From the NCBI GenBank assembly GCA_904420615.1, contig CAJFVY010000018.1, forward strand, positions 1-51,741: a DNA stretch of 51,741 bases, read 5' to 3'. A program made the position numbers and the translations under genes. Position 1 is the stretch's first letter; every line of letters starts with the position of its first letter. Shown in pieces: positions 1 through 9,158 of the stretch. This stretch comes from an uncultured Bacilli bacterium. GTDB lineage: Bacteria > Bacillota_I > Bacilli_A > RF39 > UBA660. Under the pieces are notes generated by a model. The model worked only from the letters and a program-made list of their open reading frames with translations, was not told where the DNA came from and did not search any database.

Positions 1-79
1 CAATTCCTTTCTAACAAACAAAAAATCGACTCATAAGAATCGATTTCTATCTTGAAGTCTATTCGACTTTTTTCCATTC

Positions 80-156
80 TGGGGCGGCGTATGAGGATCG
101 AACTCATGCATACTGGTGCCACAAACCAGCGTGTTAACCACTTCACCAACGCCGCC
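80..156 (-). tRNA. tRNA-His (anticodon GTG)
   Basis: The reverse complement folds as a cloverleaf. Acceptor GCGGCGT/ACGCCGC plus the His-specific extra 5' G(-1) opposite C73. Anticodon stem CTGGT/ACCAG with loop TTGTGGC. T arm ATGAG-TTCGATC-CTCAT. CCA end is encoded. Confidence 0.9.
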
Positions 157-309
157 ATAACTCAGCAATAATATATTATCAAATAACTGAAAGTAATGCA
201 AGATATTTTTATGTGAAACTAAAAAATAATTTATCATACATAATAATATAAAGAGACAATATAATAAAAAAGCTCCATTCTCTTTCATTAGAAAATGAAA
301 CTGTAATAG

Positions 310-1572
310 TTAAATACTATATTTAATTTTTAAATACTCTAAAATAGCATAGGCTGCGTCTCTTCCACTTCTTCCAGCAAAAGCTACTGTAGATGGAGTA
401 TTGGTTAAGTCTCCTCCTGCAAAAACTTTTTCACGTGAAGTTCTACCATCTTGATCAATCTTTACTTTACCTCGAAGATTACGTTCTAATCCTAATTTAC
501 TAACTACTTTTTCTTCTACTTTAGAACCAATAGCCATGATGACAGAATCACATGGAATATGGTAATTGCTTCCTTTTATATTCACTGGACTAAGACGACT
601 TTCCCCTTCTTTTTGAACTAGTTCTGTCTTGATGACTTCTACTCCTTCTACTTTAGTATCTCCATCTATACTTAAAATATTATGTTGAAATAAAAATTCT
701 ACTCCATCCCTCTTAGCATCATCAATTTCACTTTTAGTAGCCGGCATCTCTTTTTCACTCCGTCTATAGATTACATAGACATGTTTCGCACCTAATCGTT
801 TTACCGTTCTAGAAACATCCATAGCTACATTACCACCACCACTTACTATCACTGTTTTACCATGATAATCGCTATAATTCTTATTTTCTAAAAGTTCGTT
901 ACCACCATAAACACCTTCTAAGTTTTCATTAGGAATTTGCATCATCAAGGAAACATTACCACCAATTCCTAAGAAAACAGCATCATATTCTTTTTCAAGA
1001 TCCTCTAACATGATATCTTTTCCTAATTCTTGATTCAATTTTACCTCTACTCCTAAATCTAAAATCTTATCAATTGACTTTTTAAGAATACTTTTAGGAA
1101 GGCGGAAATCAGGAATACCATGATATAAAATACCACCTAAATAGTTATGTTTCTCATAAATAACAGGAGTAATTCCATTCTTAGCTAGAAAAGCAGCACA
1201 AGTAAGACCGGCTGGACCACTACCAACTACCGCAACTTTAAAACTTTTCTTAGGAATATTCTTTTCTCTTATCTTCCAATCCTGTTCTATAGACATATCT
1301 CCAATAAAAGCCTCCAATTCACCAATTGGGACAGCTTGATAAGATACTCTTTTTACGCAAGCTCCTTGGCATTGCTTATCATAAGGACAAACTCTCCCAC
1401 ATATAGCCGGTAAAACAGTCGTTTGACATAATATTTCATAGGCATGTCTATAATTTTTATCTTTAATATCTTCTATAAAAGCCGTAATATCATTATTAAA
1501 AGGACATCCTACTTGACAAGGTTTAGTCACACAATGAACACACATATTAGCTTTTTCTAAAATACTACGCAT
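310..1572 (-). CDS. GltD-like NAD(P)H-dependent Fe-S/FAD oxidoreductase (glutamate synthase small-subunit family), probable hydrogenase partner
   Basis: 420-aa ORF with N-terminal Cys clusters (CVHCVTKPCQVGCP, CGRVCPYDKQCQGAC). Dinucleotide-binding motif VAVVGSGPAGLTCA and a second Rossmann motif VSGGGNVAMD. Overlaps the hydrogenase gene by 8 nt. Confidence 0.8.
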   Translation of the reverse strand: MRSILEKANMCVHCVTKPCQVGCPFNNDITAFIEDIKDKNYRHAYEILCQTTVLPAICGRVCPYDKQCQGACVKRVSYQAVPIGELEAFIGDMSIEQDWKIREKNIPKKSFKVAVVGSGPAGLTCAAFLAKNGITPVIYEKHNYLGGILYHGIPDFRLPKSILKKSIDKILDLGVEVKLNQELGKDIMLEDLEKEYDAVFLGIGGNVSLMMQIPNENLEGVYGGNELLENKNYSDYHGKTVIVSGGGNVAMDVSRTVKRLGAKHVYVIYRRSEKEMPATKSEIDDAKRDGVEFLFQHNILSIDGDTKVEGVEVIKTELVQKEGESRLSPVNIKGSNYHIPCDSVIMAIGSKVEEKVVSKLGLERNLRGKVKIDQDGRTSREKVFAGGDLTNTPSTVAFAGRSGRDAAYAILEYLKIKYSI

Positions 1573-2932
1573 GATCTTTTCCTCCTAACAAATAAGATCG
1601 ATTTTTAAAACTAGTATGTAATAGTTTTTCTGCAAGCAAACTATTAGGTTTTCCTAAAAATTTTTGATATAGTTCTTCTATTTCAGGATTCTTGTGACAA
1701 AATCTTATCTTAGCATGATCATCTTCTTTTTCTATACTTTGTAAACGTCTTTTTTTCTTCTCTTTCATTTCTAATAGAGTTAATTTTGGTTGTCCACCGC
1801 CACCAGCGCAGCCATAACTACAACTCATTACTTCAACAAAATGATAAGTAACTTCTTTTTTTTCTATTTTTTCAAGAAGATGAACGACATTCTTAATGCC
1901 ATTTACTACTGCTACCTTGAGTGTAACTTCTCCCATATCGACCTCTGCTTCTCTTACTCCTTCTAGTCCCCTAACTTCTTGTAAAGTAATCGCATCTTTC
2001 TCTAAATCTTTTCCATTAAGAAAATAATATGCACTACGAAGAGCTGCTTCCATAACACCACCTGTTTTACCAAATAAAAGACCAGCACTAGATCCTTTTC
2101 CTAATGGGGAAGAAAATTCTTCACTAGATAAAGTTTTAAAATCAATACTACTTTCTTTCAATAAGGATATAAGTTCTCTAGTAGTTAAAACATAATCCGT
2201 ATCTTTTAGATCATCTTTCTTAAAATAATCACGTGCTTTATTTACTTCATCTCTTTTAATTTCTGATTTTTTTGCAGTACAAGGAGCTATTACAACATTT
2301 AATATTTTACTCGCATCAAGATCTTTTTCTTCTGCAAAATAAGTCTTAATCATAGTACTTTGCATTGTAATAGGACTCTTACACGTAGATAAATTAGGTA
2401 AAAAATTAGGATAAAAAATTTCAGCATAGGAAACCCAAGCTGGACAACAGGAAGTAAACATGGGTAAAGTACCATTATTTTTAATACGATTTACTAATTC
2501 CATTGCTTCTTCCATAATGGTTAAATCAGCTCCAAAGGTAATATCAAAAACATAATCAAATCCTAACTTTTTTAAGAAAGAAACGATCTTTCCTTCATAG
2601 TTATCTTCTCCTAAAGAAAAAGCTTCACCTATTGCAACTCTAACTGCAGGTGCAATACTAATCGTTTTAATAATGTCTTTTCTTTTTAACAGTTGCTTTA
2701 ATTTTAAATAATCTAATCGTTCATGAATTGCTTCTGTGGGACACATATTAGCACACTGCCCACAATGAATACAAATAGGTTTTAAAGACTTATTAATATC
2801 ATATCTTTTTGCTACTGTAATTTCATCGCGACAAACTTTTACACAATAACCACATTGAATACATTTCAAGTCATCTTTAACAATTGCGGGATTATCTTCA
2901 CTATAAATAATTTCTAAATCACTATCTTTCAT
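1565..2932 (-). CDS. hydA: [FeFe]-hydrogenase catalytic subunit
   Basis: 455 aa. Two ferredoxin-type motifs (CIQCGYCVKVC, CIHCGQCANMCP) followed by the three H-cluster signatures FTSCCPAW, APCTAKKSE and EVMSCSYGCAGGGGQP. Confidence 0.9.
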   Translation of the reverse strand: MKDSDLEIIYSEDNPAIVKDDLKCIQCGYCVKVCRDEITVAKRYDINKSLKPICIHCGQCANMCPTEAIHERLDYLKLKQLLKRKDIIKTISIAPAVRVAIGEAFSLGEDNYEGKIVSFLKKLGFDYVFDITFGADLTIMEEAMELVNRIKNNGTLPMFTSCCPAWVSYAEIFYPNFLPNLSTCKSPITMQSTMIKTYFAEEKDLDASKILNVVIAPCTAKKSEIKRDEVNKARDYFKKDDLKDTDYVLTTRELISLLKESSIDFKTLSSEEFSSPLGKGSSAGLLFGKTGGVMEAALRSAYYFLNGKDLEKDAITLQEVRGLEGVREAEVDMGEVTLKVAVVNGIKNVVHLLEKIEKKEVTYHFVEVMSCSYGCAGGGGQPKLTLLEMKEKKKRRLQSIEKEDDHAKIRFCHKNPEIEELYQKFLGKPNSLLAEKLLHTSFKNRSYLLGGKDHA

Positions 2933-3077
2933 TACTACACCATCCTAATTTCATCATACAAGTAAAGTATGAACCAGGTCAAGATAATTTTTATATGTAT
3001 CTTAACACTAATTTCTATCAGCATTATAAAAGCCATTGGTTGTTAGACACTGTCAATCTTTAATTTAAACTTTTCGT

Positions 3078-3108
3078 AAAAAAATTCTAGTATTATTCCA
3101 TACTAGAA
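3078..3108 (-). terminator. Rho-independent terminator of the Clp-like gene
   Basis: On the minus strand, TTCTAGTA-TGGAATAA-TACTAGAA forms an 8-bp stem that overlaps the stop codon. It is followed by T7. Confidence 0.6.
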
Positions 3109-4028
3109 TTAAATCCACGATCAAGTCCATCTTCTATTTCTTGTTTAAATACTTCTTTAAAATGAGGTATTTCTTTTTTGATAATATCAGGATAAACATT
3201 CTTGGTATTTAAAATAGCACGTTCTATATCAAAAATATTTACTTCCTGTCTATTATCATAGATAGCATAAGAAAATGCTTGTTGTAATAAAGTCAAAGTG
3301 ATATCAGGATAACGTGATCCTATTTCATAGATACGGCGATATTCACTAGTTAAATCAGTTAAAAATCCCATTATTTTTTCTTGTACATAGGGATCATACA
3401 ATAATTTAGCTCCTGTTTTCTTTTCAATCTTAGGAAGTGTTCCCATACAAATTGCAATTGTTTCTTCTCTTGTTGGTTCAGCTACTTCTACTTTTTGGAA
3501 TCGTCTTACAAATGCTTTATCTCGTAAAATATAGCGTTCATACTCTTCACTAGTAGTTGCTCCAATGACTTTAATATCCCCACGGTCAAGTCCTGGTTTA
3601 AAAATATTAGCAAAATCAAGTGCTTCCCCTTTCGCTCCCATTAAAGTATGAATTTCATCAATAAATAAAATTAAATTATTATATTCTTTTAATTCATCCA
3701 ATAATATTTGAATCTTACTTTCACCAGTATCTGGATCAACTCCTAATAAAGCAGAAGTATTAATTTTAATAATAGTATAATTTTTTAAGGCATTGGGTAC
3801 ATTTCCTATTTGAATTCGATAAGCTAACCCTTCTACAATAGCTGTTTTACCTACACCAGGTTTACCTACTAAAATAGCAGATTTTTCAGGAGTAAGTAAA
3901 ATTAATACTAATTGTTTAATTTCTTCTTCTCTACCAATAGCTGGATTAGTAATATATTCTTTTTCATTAAAGTTTTCACCATAACTTTTTAAAATACTAA
4001 CTTTAGATCTTCTAATTTCCTCTTTCAT
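3093..4028 (-). CDS. Stand-alone ClpA/ClpB-type AAA+ domain protein (D1-like only)
   Basis: 311 aa. Motifs: NPAIGREEEI, Walker A GKPGVGKTAIVEGLAYRI, Walker B LILFIDEIHTLMGA, IKVIGATTSEEYERY, and sensor/Arg finger FVRRFQKVEV. No N-domain, middle domain or second AAA module. Confidence 0.7.
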   Translation of the reverse strand: MKEEIRRSKVSILKSYGENFNEKEYITNPAIGREEEIKQLVLILLTPEKSAILVGKPGVGKTAIVEGLAYRIQIGNVPNALKNYTIIKINTSALLGVDPDTGESKIQILLDELKEYNNLILFIDEIHTLMGAKGEALDFANIFKPGLDRGDIKVIGATTSEEYERYILRDKAFVRRFQKVEVAEPTREETIAICMGTLPKIEKKTGAKLLYDPYVQEKIMGFLTDLTSEYRRIYEIGSRYPDITLTLLQQAFSYAIYDNRQEVNIFDIERAILNTKNVYPDIIKKEIPHFKEVFKQEIEDGLDRGFNSSME

Positions 4029-4096
4029 CTTTTCACTTCCTTATTATTTATAGTATACCATTCTAAAGGAAAGATGTAAATTTTACTTCAAAATTA

Positions 4097-4549
4097 TTAT
4101 GATAAATAACGAATTGTACATCCTATTTGTTGTAATTGTGTTAAATATTGAGAAGATACTAAAATAGTAATCTTCTCAAGTGGTACCCCAATACGATTTA
4201 TTTTTTCTAAATCATCATATAACACATATCGTTCTAAAATTTTTTTATAGTCTTTTTCTGTTTCTTCTATATTCAAAATATTGATTTGATTTAATTGTTG
4301 TTGTATCGCTGCATCTATAAACTGTAAATTCTGTTTTACTTTACCGCCTCTCAATTTATAAGGGAAAGGAAGTTTTTCATCAATATTTTTTGTAGTAACT
4401 GTAGTATGATGAAAGGATAGTTCTACTAAAACCTCTTCTTTAGAACTAGATAAATTTCCTTCATAGCTAGCTGCATTCACAATACTAATTAAGCATAAAA
4501 AAAGAAAAACAAATAAAACGCCATATTTCTTCACTTTTCGACACCTCAA
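4097..4549 (-). CDS. Hypothetical secreted protein
   Basis: 150-aa ORF with an N-terminal signal-like segment (KKYGVLFVFLFLCLISIVNA/AS). No recognisable motif. Confidence 0.5.
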   Translation of the reverse strand: MRCRKVKKYGVLFVFLFLCLISIVNAASYEGNLSSSKEEVLVELSFHHTTVTTKNIDEKLPFPYKLRGGKVKQNLQFIDAAIQQQLNQINILNIEETEKDYKKILERYVLYDDLEKINRIGVPLEKITILVSSQYLTQLQQIGCTIRYLS

Positions 4550-4636
4550 TAATAATATGGTCCAACAACTATTTATTTATTCTTCTTTGATAGCTGAAAC
4601 AAAATAAAATTTATTTCTGCAATGAATGAAATGCTG

Positions 4637-5272
4637 TTATTCTACTTTTTCAAACATTTCAATTCCTACACCACAAATTGGGCATTTAAAGTCTTTTGGA
4701 AGTTCATCTCCTTCATAAATATAACCACATACTTTACATTTCCATTTGTTAGTCGTAATTTCTTTTTTTATATCTTCTTCTACATAAGTTGGAGCATTCT
4801 TAGGTGTCTTTCCTTTTAAGACTTCATGATAATATTGATAAGTCATAGGTTGATAATCATGATAGGTTTTACTTTCTATTACTTCTCCTACAAAAATAGT
4901 ATGAGTAGATGTCTCCAAGGTACTAATTACATTACAAACCACATAACCACAGCTATCACAAATTACTGGCACATCTTGAATCATTTCATAATCAAATTCC
5001 ATAAATTTATCAGTCTCTTTACTACTATGATATCCAAAAGTTCCAATTAATTCTTTTTTACTTTTCTCATGTAAAACAGATAAAGAAAAACGGCCATTTT
5101 GTTTAATACACTGATTTGTATAATTATCATGATTAACACTAATAGCAATCGTTTGAGGATTTGCGGTTATTTGCATAGCACTATTTAAAACACATCCTAC
5201 TTTTCTAGTATCGTCCATTGTACCAACAATATATACACCATAAGATAATTTTTGTAATATGTTATTTTTCAC
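4637..5272 (-). CDS. Flavin reductase-like domain fused to C-terminal rubredoxin (high-molecular-weight rubredoxin type)
   Basis: 211 aa. The N-terminal ~160 aa is flavin-reductase-like (LSYGVYIVGT...). The C-terminus has rubredoxin CxxC pairs WKCKVCGYIYEG...FKCPICG. Confidence 0.75.
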   Translation of the reverse strand: MKNNILQKLSYGVYIVGTMDDTRKVGCVLNSAMQITANPQTIAISVNHDNYTNQCIKQNGRFSLSVLHEKSKKELIGTFGYHSSKETDKFMEFDYEMIQDVPVICDSCGYVVCNVISTLETSTHTIFVGEVIESKTYHDYQPMTYQYYHEVLKGKTPKNAPTYVEEDIKKEITTNKWKCKVCGYIYEGDELPKDFKCPICGVGIEMFEKVE

Positions 5273-5294
5273 TATATTTTCTCCTATCTTATAT

Positions 5295-5672
5295 TTATTC
5301 TACTTCTTTTTCCCATAAACCATGCAAATTACAATAAGAATAAATCTTCATACCACTTTCATATGGTACTACAAGACTTGGTTCAAAAGAAAAAGTAAAA
5401 TGTTTTTCTATAACTTCATTTTCATAAACTACAAAAATATATTCAATATAATGTTTTTCTTCCATAACATGTGGTACGGTAATTTTAATGTTATCTCCTA
5501 ACTTTTCATAGACTGGTACGTGTTTTTCCACTGCTGCATCTGTAGAATTAGCTATTACAGATTGCATTTTTTCTCCACAACACATTAAATTACCATCATC
5601 ACAATTACATTCTTCTAATACTCTTACCAAAGTATTACATTTCATACATTTTTTTAAATTTAACTCTTTCAT
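5295..5672 (-). CDS. dfx: Desulfoferrodoxin / superoxide reductase
   Basis: N-terminal desulforedoxin-like Cys (CMKCNTLV...CCGE) and centre-II motifs EKHVPV and CNLHGLW. I place the start at M13 of the tracked ORF (ATG 5670-5672), preceded by AGAGGGA, which gives 125 aa. Confidence 0.8.
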   Translation of the reverse strand: MKELNLKKCMKCNTLVRVLEECNCDDGNLMCCGEKMQSVIANSTDAAVEKHVPVYEKLGDNIKITVPHVMEEKHYIEYIFVVYENEVIEKHFTFSFEPSLVVPYESGMKIYSYCNLHGLWEKEVE

Positions 5673-5734
5673 ATTATCCCTCTTTTCCTTTTTTATTTTA
5701 TCATACAATCTTTCATTCTGTCTAACTTTTCATT

Positions 5735-6289
5735 CTAAATTTTAACATATTTAAAGCATTCTTTTTGATGAGAATTAATTACACCAATAGCCTGTAAATA
5801 AGAATAGATAATAGTAGTACCGACAAACTTCATTCCTCGTTTTTTTAAATCATGTGAAATAGTATCTGATAGTTCTGATCTTGTTTTATCTATCTCATAG
5901 ACAATTTTATTTTTTGTAAAATGCCAAATATAATTAGAAAAAGCTCCATATTCTTGTTGTATATTTTTAAATATTTTAGAATTATTAATAGCTGCTTTAA
6001 TTTTTAATTTATTTCTAACTATATTTTTATTATTTAATAATTCTTCTATTTTTTTATCATCATATTGACAGATTAAATTAATATCAAAATGATCAAAAGC
6101 TTTCTCAAAAAAACTTCTCTTATTTAAAATACATTCCCAAGATAAACCAGCCTGAAAAGACTCTAGTATTAAAAGCTCTAATAATTTTTGATCATCATAA
6201 AGAGGCTCTCCCCATTCTTCATCATGATACTTTATATATAACTCATTCTTATCATTTACCCAATTACAACGTTTCATCTTGTTTTTCAT
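5735..6289 (-). CDS. tag: DNA-3-methyladenine glycosylase I
   Basis: 184 aa with the hallmark YHDEEWG motif, a QAGLSW segment and a C-terminal zinc-site-like H..C. Length is typical of Tag. Confidence 0.85.
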   Translation of the reverse strand: MKNKMKRCNWVNDKNELYIKYHDEEWGEPLYDDQKLLELLILESFQAGLSWECILNKRSFFEKAFDHFDINLICQYDDKKIEELLNNKNIVRNKLKIKAAINNSKIFKNIQQEYGAFSNYIWHFTKNKIVYEIDKTRSELSDTISHDLKKRGMKFVGTTIIYSYLQAIGVINSHQKECFKYVKI

Positions 6290-6290
6290 G

Positions 6291-6797
6291 TTATATTTTA
6301 ACTCCTTCTAACTCTAATAAATCCTTTTTGATCTTAATTCCACCAGCATAACCAGTAAGACTATTACTAGATCCTATTACGCGATGACAAGGAATAATAA
6401 TAGAAATCGGATTATGCGACACTGCCCCTCCAATAGCTTGAGCTGACATACTCTTCTTATGTAATCTCGAAGCTACTTCATGCGCTATTTCTCCATAAGT
6501 TCTAGTGTTACCATATGGAATATCACATAATATTTGCCATACTAGCTTTCTAAACTTACTACCATCAGGTTTTAATGATAATTCATCAATTTTAGGTTCT
6601 TCGCATTTAAAATACCGATCTAACCAATTTTTCGTTTGCATTAATATTGGAAGATCATCCTTTTCTATTAAGTTTTCTTTTAAACTTCCCAAATAATATT
6701 TTTGATTTTTTATCCATAACCCTATTAAATTGTTATTATCACTTACTAATAATAATTTACCAATTGGTGAATCATAATATGTTTTATATAATGACAT
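6291..6797 (-). CDS. ogt: Methylated-DNA-protein-cysteine methyltransferase
   Basis: 168 aa with the active-site motif IPCHRVI and a preceding TYGEIA helix-turn-helix segment. Confidence 0.85.
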   Translation of the reverse strand: MSLYKTYYDSPIGKLLLVSDNNNLIGLWIKNQKYYLGSLKENLIEKDDLPILMQTKNWLDRYFKCEEPKIDELSLKPDGSKFRKLVWQILCDIPYGNTRTYGEIAHEVASRLHKKSMSAQAIGGAVSHNPISIIIPCHRVIGSSNSLTGYAGGIKIKKDLLELEGVKI

Positions 6798-6846
6798 ATT
6801 CTTTTCTCCTTTCTTTTAGATTATACCCTAAAATATGATAACTGTA

Positions 6847-7527
6847 TCAAACTTTATATTTCCATACCCCTACTTTCCCTTTCAACTTTATTTGGTCCTT
6901 CACCAATTCGGCTTTTGAAAATATCCAAACATAATAACCTATCACAAGTGGATGATTTATATATTCTTTTGGGTAAGCTTGCATTTCTTTTATATTTTTT
7001 TCATCAATACGAATACAATCTAGTACTTTTACTTTACTATGTATATAACCATATTTTATCTTTTTTTTAAATATATTTTGATATTTCTGCAATTCTTTTT
7101 TGGATAACTTACTATTAGAGGCATGAATATAAATTTCTCCACAATAGGGTAATTTCATCTTTGTAATATAAATATTTATCTTATTCTCACTAATAAGACT
7201 AGCATATGGTTCTCTTACTGTCAGCATTTTTAAATACTGACTATTATTGTATAAAATACCTTTTTGTTTTAATTTTCTAATTCTATTATCAATAGAAGAA
7301 AAAGATCGATTTAACTTTTTAGCAAGTTCATCTTTTGTCATAACTAAATAATAATCTATTAATACTTGATCTTCTTCTTTTGTCCAAGACTTAGCTAATT
7401 TATCAGCATTTATTCTCCTAGCTCTATGATTAATAGAACTGACTGTACGATTTAAATGCTTAGCAATCTCTAATGAACCCTTTTCTTTATAATATCTTAA
7501 AATGTATGCATCTTCTTTTTTGTCCAT
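6847..7527 (-). CDS. SANT/Myb-like repeats plus C-terminal ASCH-like domain; probably the 3' part of the upstream gene
   Basis: 226 aa. Contains the repeat WTKEEDQVLIDYY and an ASCH-like segment (LTVREPYASLISENK...GEIYIHAS). Its first codons overlap the end of ORF 7497-9050 in the -1 frame. Confidence 0.6.
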   Translation of the reverse strand: MDKKEDAYILRYYKEKGSLEIAKHLNRTVSSINHRARRINADKLAKSWTKEEDQVLIDYYLVMTKDELAKKLNRSFSSIDNRIRKLKQKGILYNNSQYLKMLTVREPYASLISENKINIYITKMKLPYCGEIYIHASNSKLSKKELQKYQNIFKKKIKYGYIHSKVKVLDCIRIDEKNIKEMQAYPKEYINHPLVIGYYVWIFSKAELVKDQIKLKGKVGVWKYKV

Positions 7528-9050
7528 TTACCACTTCTATGTAATCCCAATCTATTAGCTCTACATATACAAGCTTCGCTTGTTCTATTTAACAAGGAAG
7601 CAACATATTTACTACCTTTATCAGGATAATATTTAGTTAATATGTTATCTTCTTCTTCCGTCCAACCAACTACATAATCAGGAATGATTCTGCTCTTATA
7701 ATCTTTTTTTACCTTTAACCAATTATTATAATATAATCTACTAACTTCTTTACTATCATAATTATAATATTCTTGATAAGAAAGTTCTAAATTATACCAT
7801 TCAAGAAATAAATTAGAATGATGAATAAACTCTAATACCTGTTTTTCAATATTTTCTTGTGTATATTTTATTCGTAACAAAGGTATCTGTTTCCTTTTAC
7901 AAAATTCATTCTTAATATGATCATGTCTTTGATTTGTTTTTAATATGACACTAGCAGGTATAACATGACTTCTATATACATTCGTTTCAAAAAAATGTTG
8001 TACTCCATCATATTCAATTAGTCCCATTAATTGATTCTCTTTATAAATTCCAAAATCAAATAATAATATATTTTTATCTTTACATTCTCTGAATCCCACT
8101 TCTTGTTTAAAGTCAATATGATTATCCAATAGAATTTGTTTAATTTTTTCTACTGGAGAACTATACTTTTGTTGATAAGCTATATTTAAATTAACTGCCT
8201 TTATCTTACATGATCTCATATTTCTTTTCGGAAGCAATTCAGAAACATATTTTCCAATTATGGGATAATATTTTTTTAAAATAGATATTTCTTCTTTCGT
8301 CCACTTTTTTGGATTATCATATTTTAAATGATGTTTACTGGCATAAATCTTACAACTATTTAATGTCTTATGTAGTTGTTTTGCTACCCAGGTTGGTCCT
8401 TTTTCAGCATAATGCTCATACAAAAATTTTATTTCTTCAAGAGTCCATCTTTCTTCTTTCCTGATTTTTAGAACTGCAGCTCTACTTTTACATGCTGTTT
8501 CAGATCTTTTTAAATACTTAGCTACATATTTCGTATCTTTACTAGGATAGTATTTTCTTAAAAAATTATCTTCTTCTTCACTCCAACGATCTTCAAAAAT
8601 ATATTTTATCCCTAATTCACTTGCTTTGGCCATACATACATTTCTATTCCGTCCTAATAATTTACTTACTTTTAAAGATCCATATTTAGGATAATATTGT
8701 TTTATAATATCCTCTTCTTCTTTTGTCCAATGATAATCTCTTTTAATATTAAGGCTCCCTGCCTTAGCTATACAAGATTCTTTTGACTTTCCTATTTTTT
8801 TAGAACACCACACTGCTCCTTTGGCACTATAGTTTTCCTTTAAAATTTTGATTTCTTCTTCTGTCCATTTCTTAGAATGATAACCTGATAATTTAGTTTT
8901 TTCCAAATTATTTAAATGATAAACCCTATTAACACAAGCCTTTTTAGTTCTTTTTAACAACTTAGCTATAGCAGAAGCTCCTAAACTATAGTATTGTTCT
9001 CTTAATAATTGATCTTCTTCAGTAATCCACTTTATATTTTTTCTCTGCAT
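7497..9050 (-). CDS. Seven SANT/Myb-like repeats flanking a Vsr/DUF559-like PD-(D/E)xK nuclease domain
   Basis: 517 aa. Seven ~47-aa units of W-T-x-E-E-(D/I)-x-x-L-x-x-x-Y-...-G-...-(A/S)-K-x-L-...-C-...-A. The central segment LLFDFGIY...GLIEYDGVQHF...RHDHIKNEFCKRKQIPLLRI is nuclease-like. Confidence 0.65.
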   Translation of the reverse strand: MQRKNIKWITEEDQLLREQYYSLGASAIAKLLKRTKKACVNRVYHLNNLEKTKLSGYHSKKWTEEEIKILKENYSAKGAVWCSKKIGKSKESCIAKAGSLNIKRDYHWTKEEEDIIKQYYPKYGSLKVSKLLGRNRNVCMAKASELGIKYIFEDRWSEEEDNFLRKYYPSKDTKYVAKYLKRSETACKSRAAVLKIRKEERWTLEEIKFLYEHYAEKGPTWVAKQLHKTLNSCKIYASKHHLKYDNPKKWTKEEISILKKYYPIIGKYVSELLPKRNMRSCKIKAVNLNIAYQQKYSSPVEKIKQILLDNHIDFKQEVGFRECKDKNILLFDFGIYKENQLMGLIEYDGVQHFFETNVYRSHVIPASVILKTNQRHDHIKNEFCKRKQIPLLRIKYTQENIEKQVLEFIHHSNLFLEWYNLELSYQEYYNYDSKEVSRLYYNNWLKVKKDYKSRIIPDYVVGWTEEEDNILTKYYPDKGSKYVASLLNRTSEACICRANRLGLHRSGKWTKKKMHTF

Positions 9051-9158
9051 GATATTTCTCCTACAAGTTTTTATCTAGTATAACATAGTGTTATCTAACC
9101 AATTGTAAAATTCTATACTTTATAGTATAATATGGTAAATTTTGGTAGTGAGGTTGTT

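Noticed and set aside
31-288. 85-aa minus-strand ORF in the track
   Set aside because: It runs straight through the tRNA-His gene (80-156). It is low-complexity and has no RBS, so it is an artefact.
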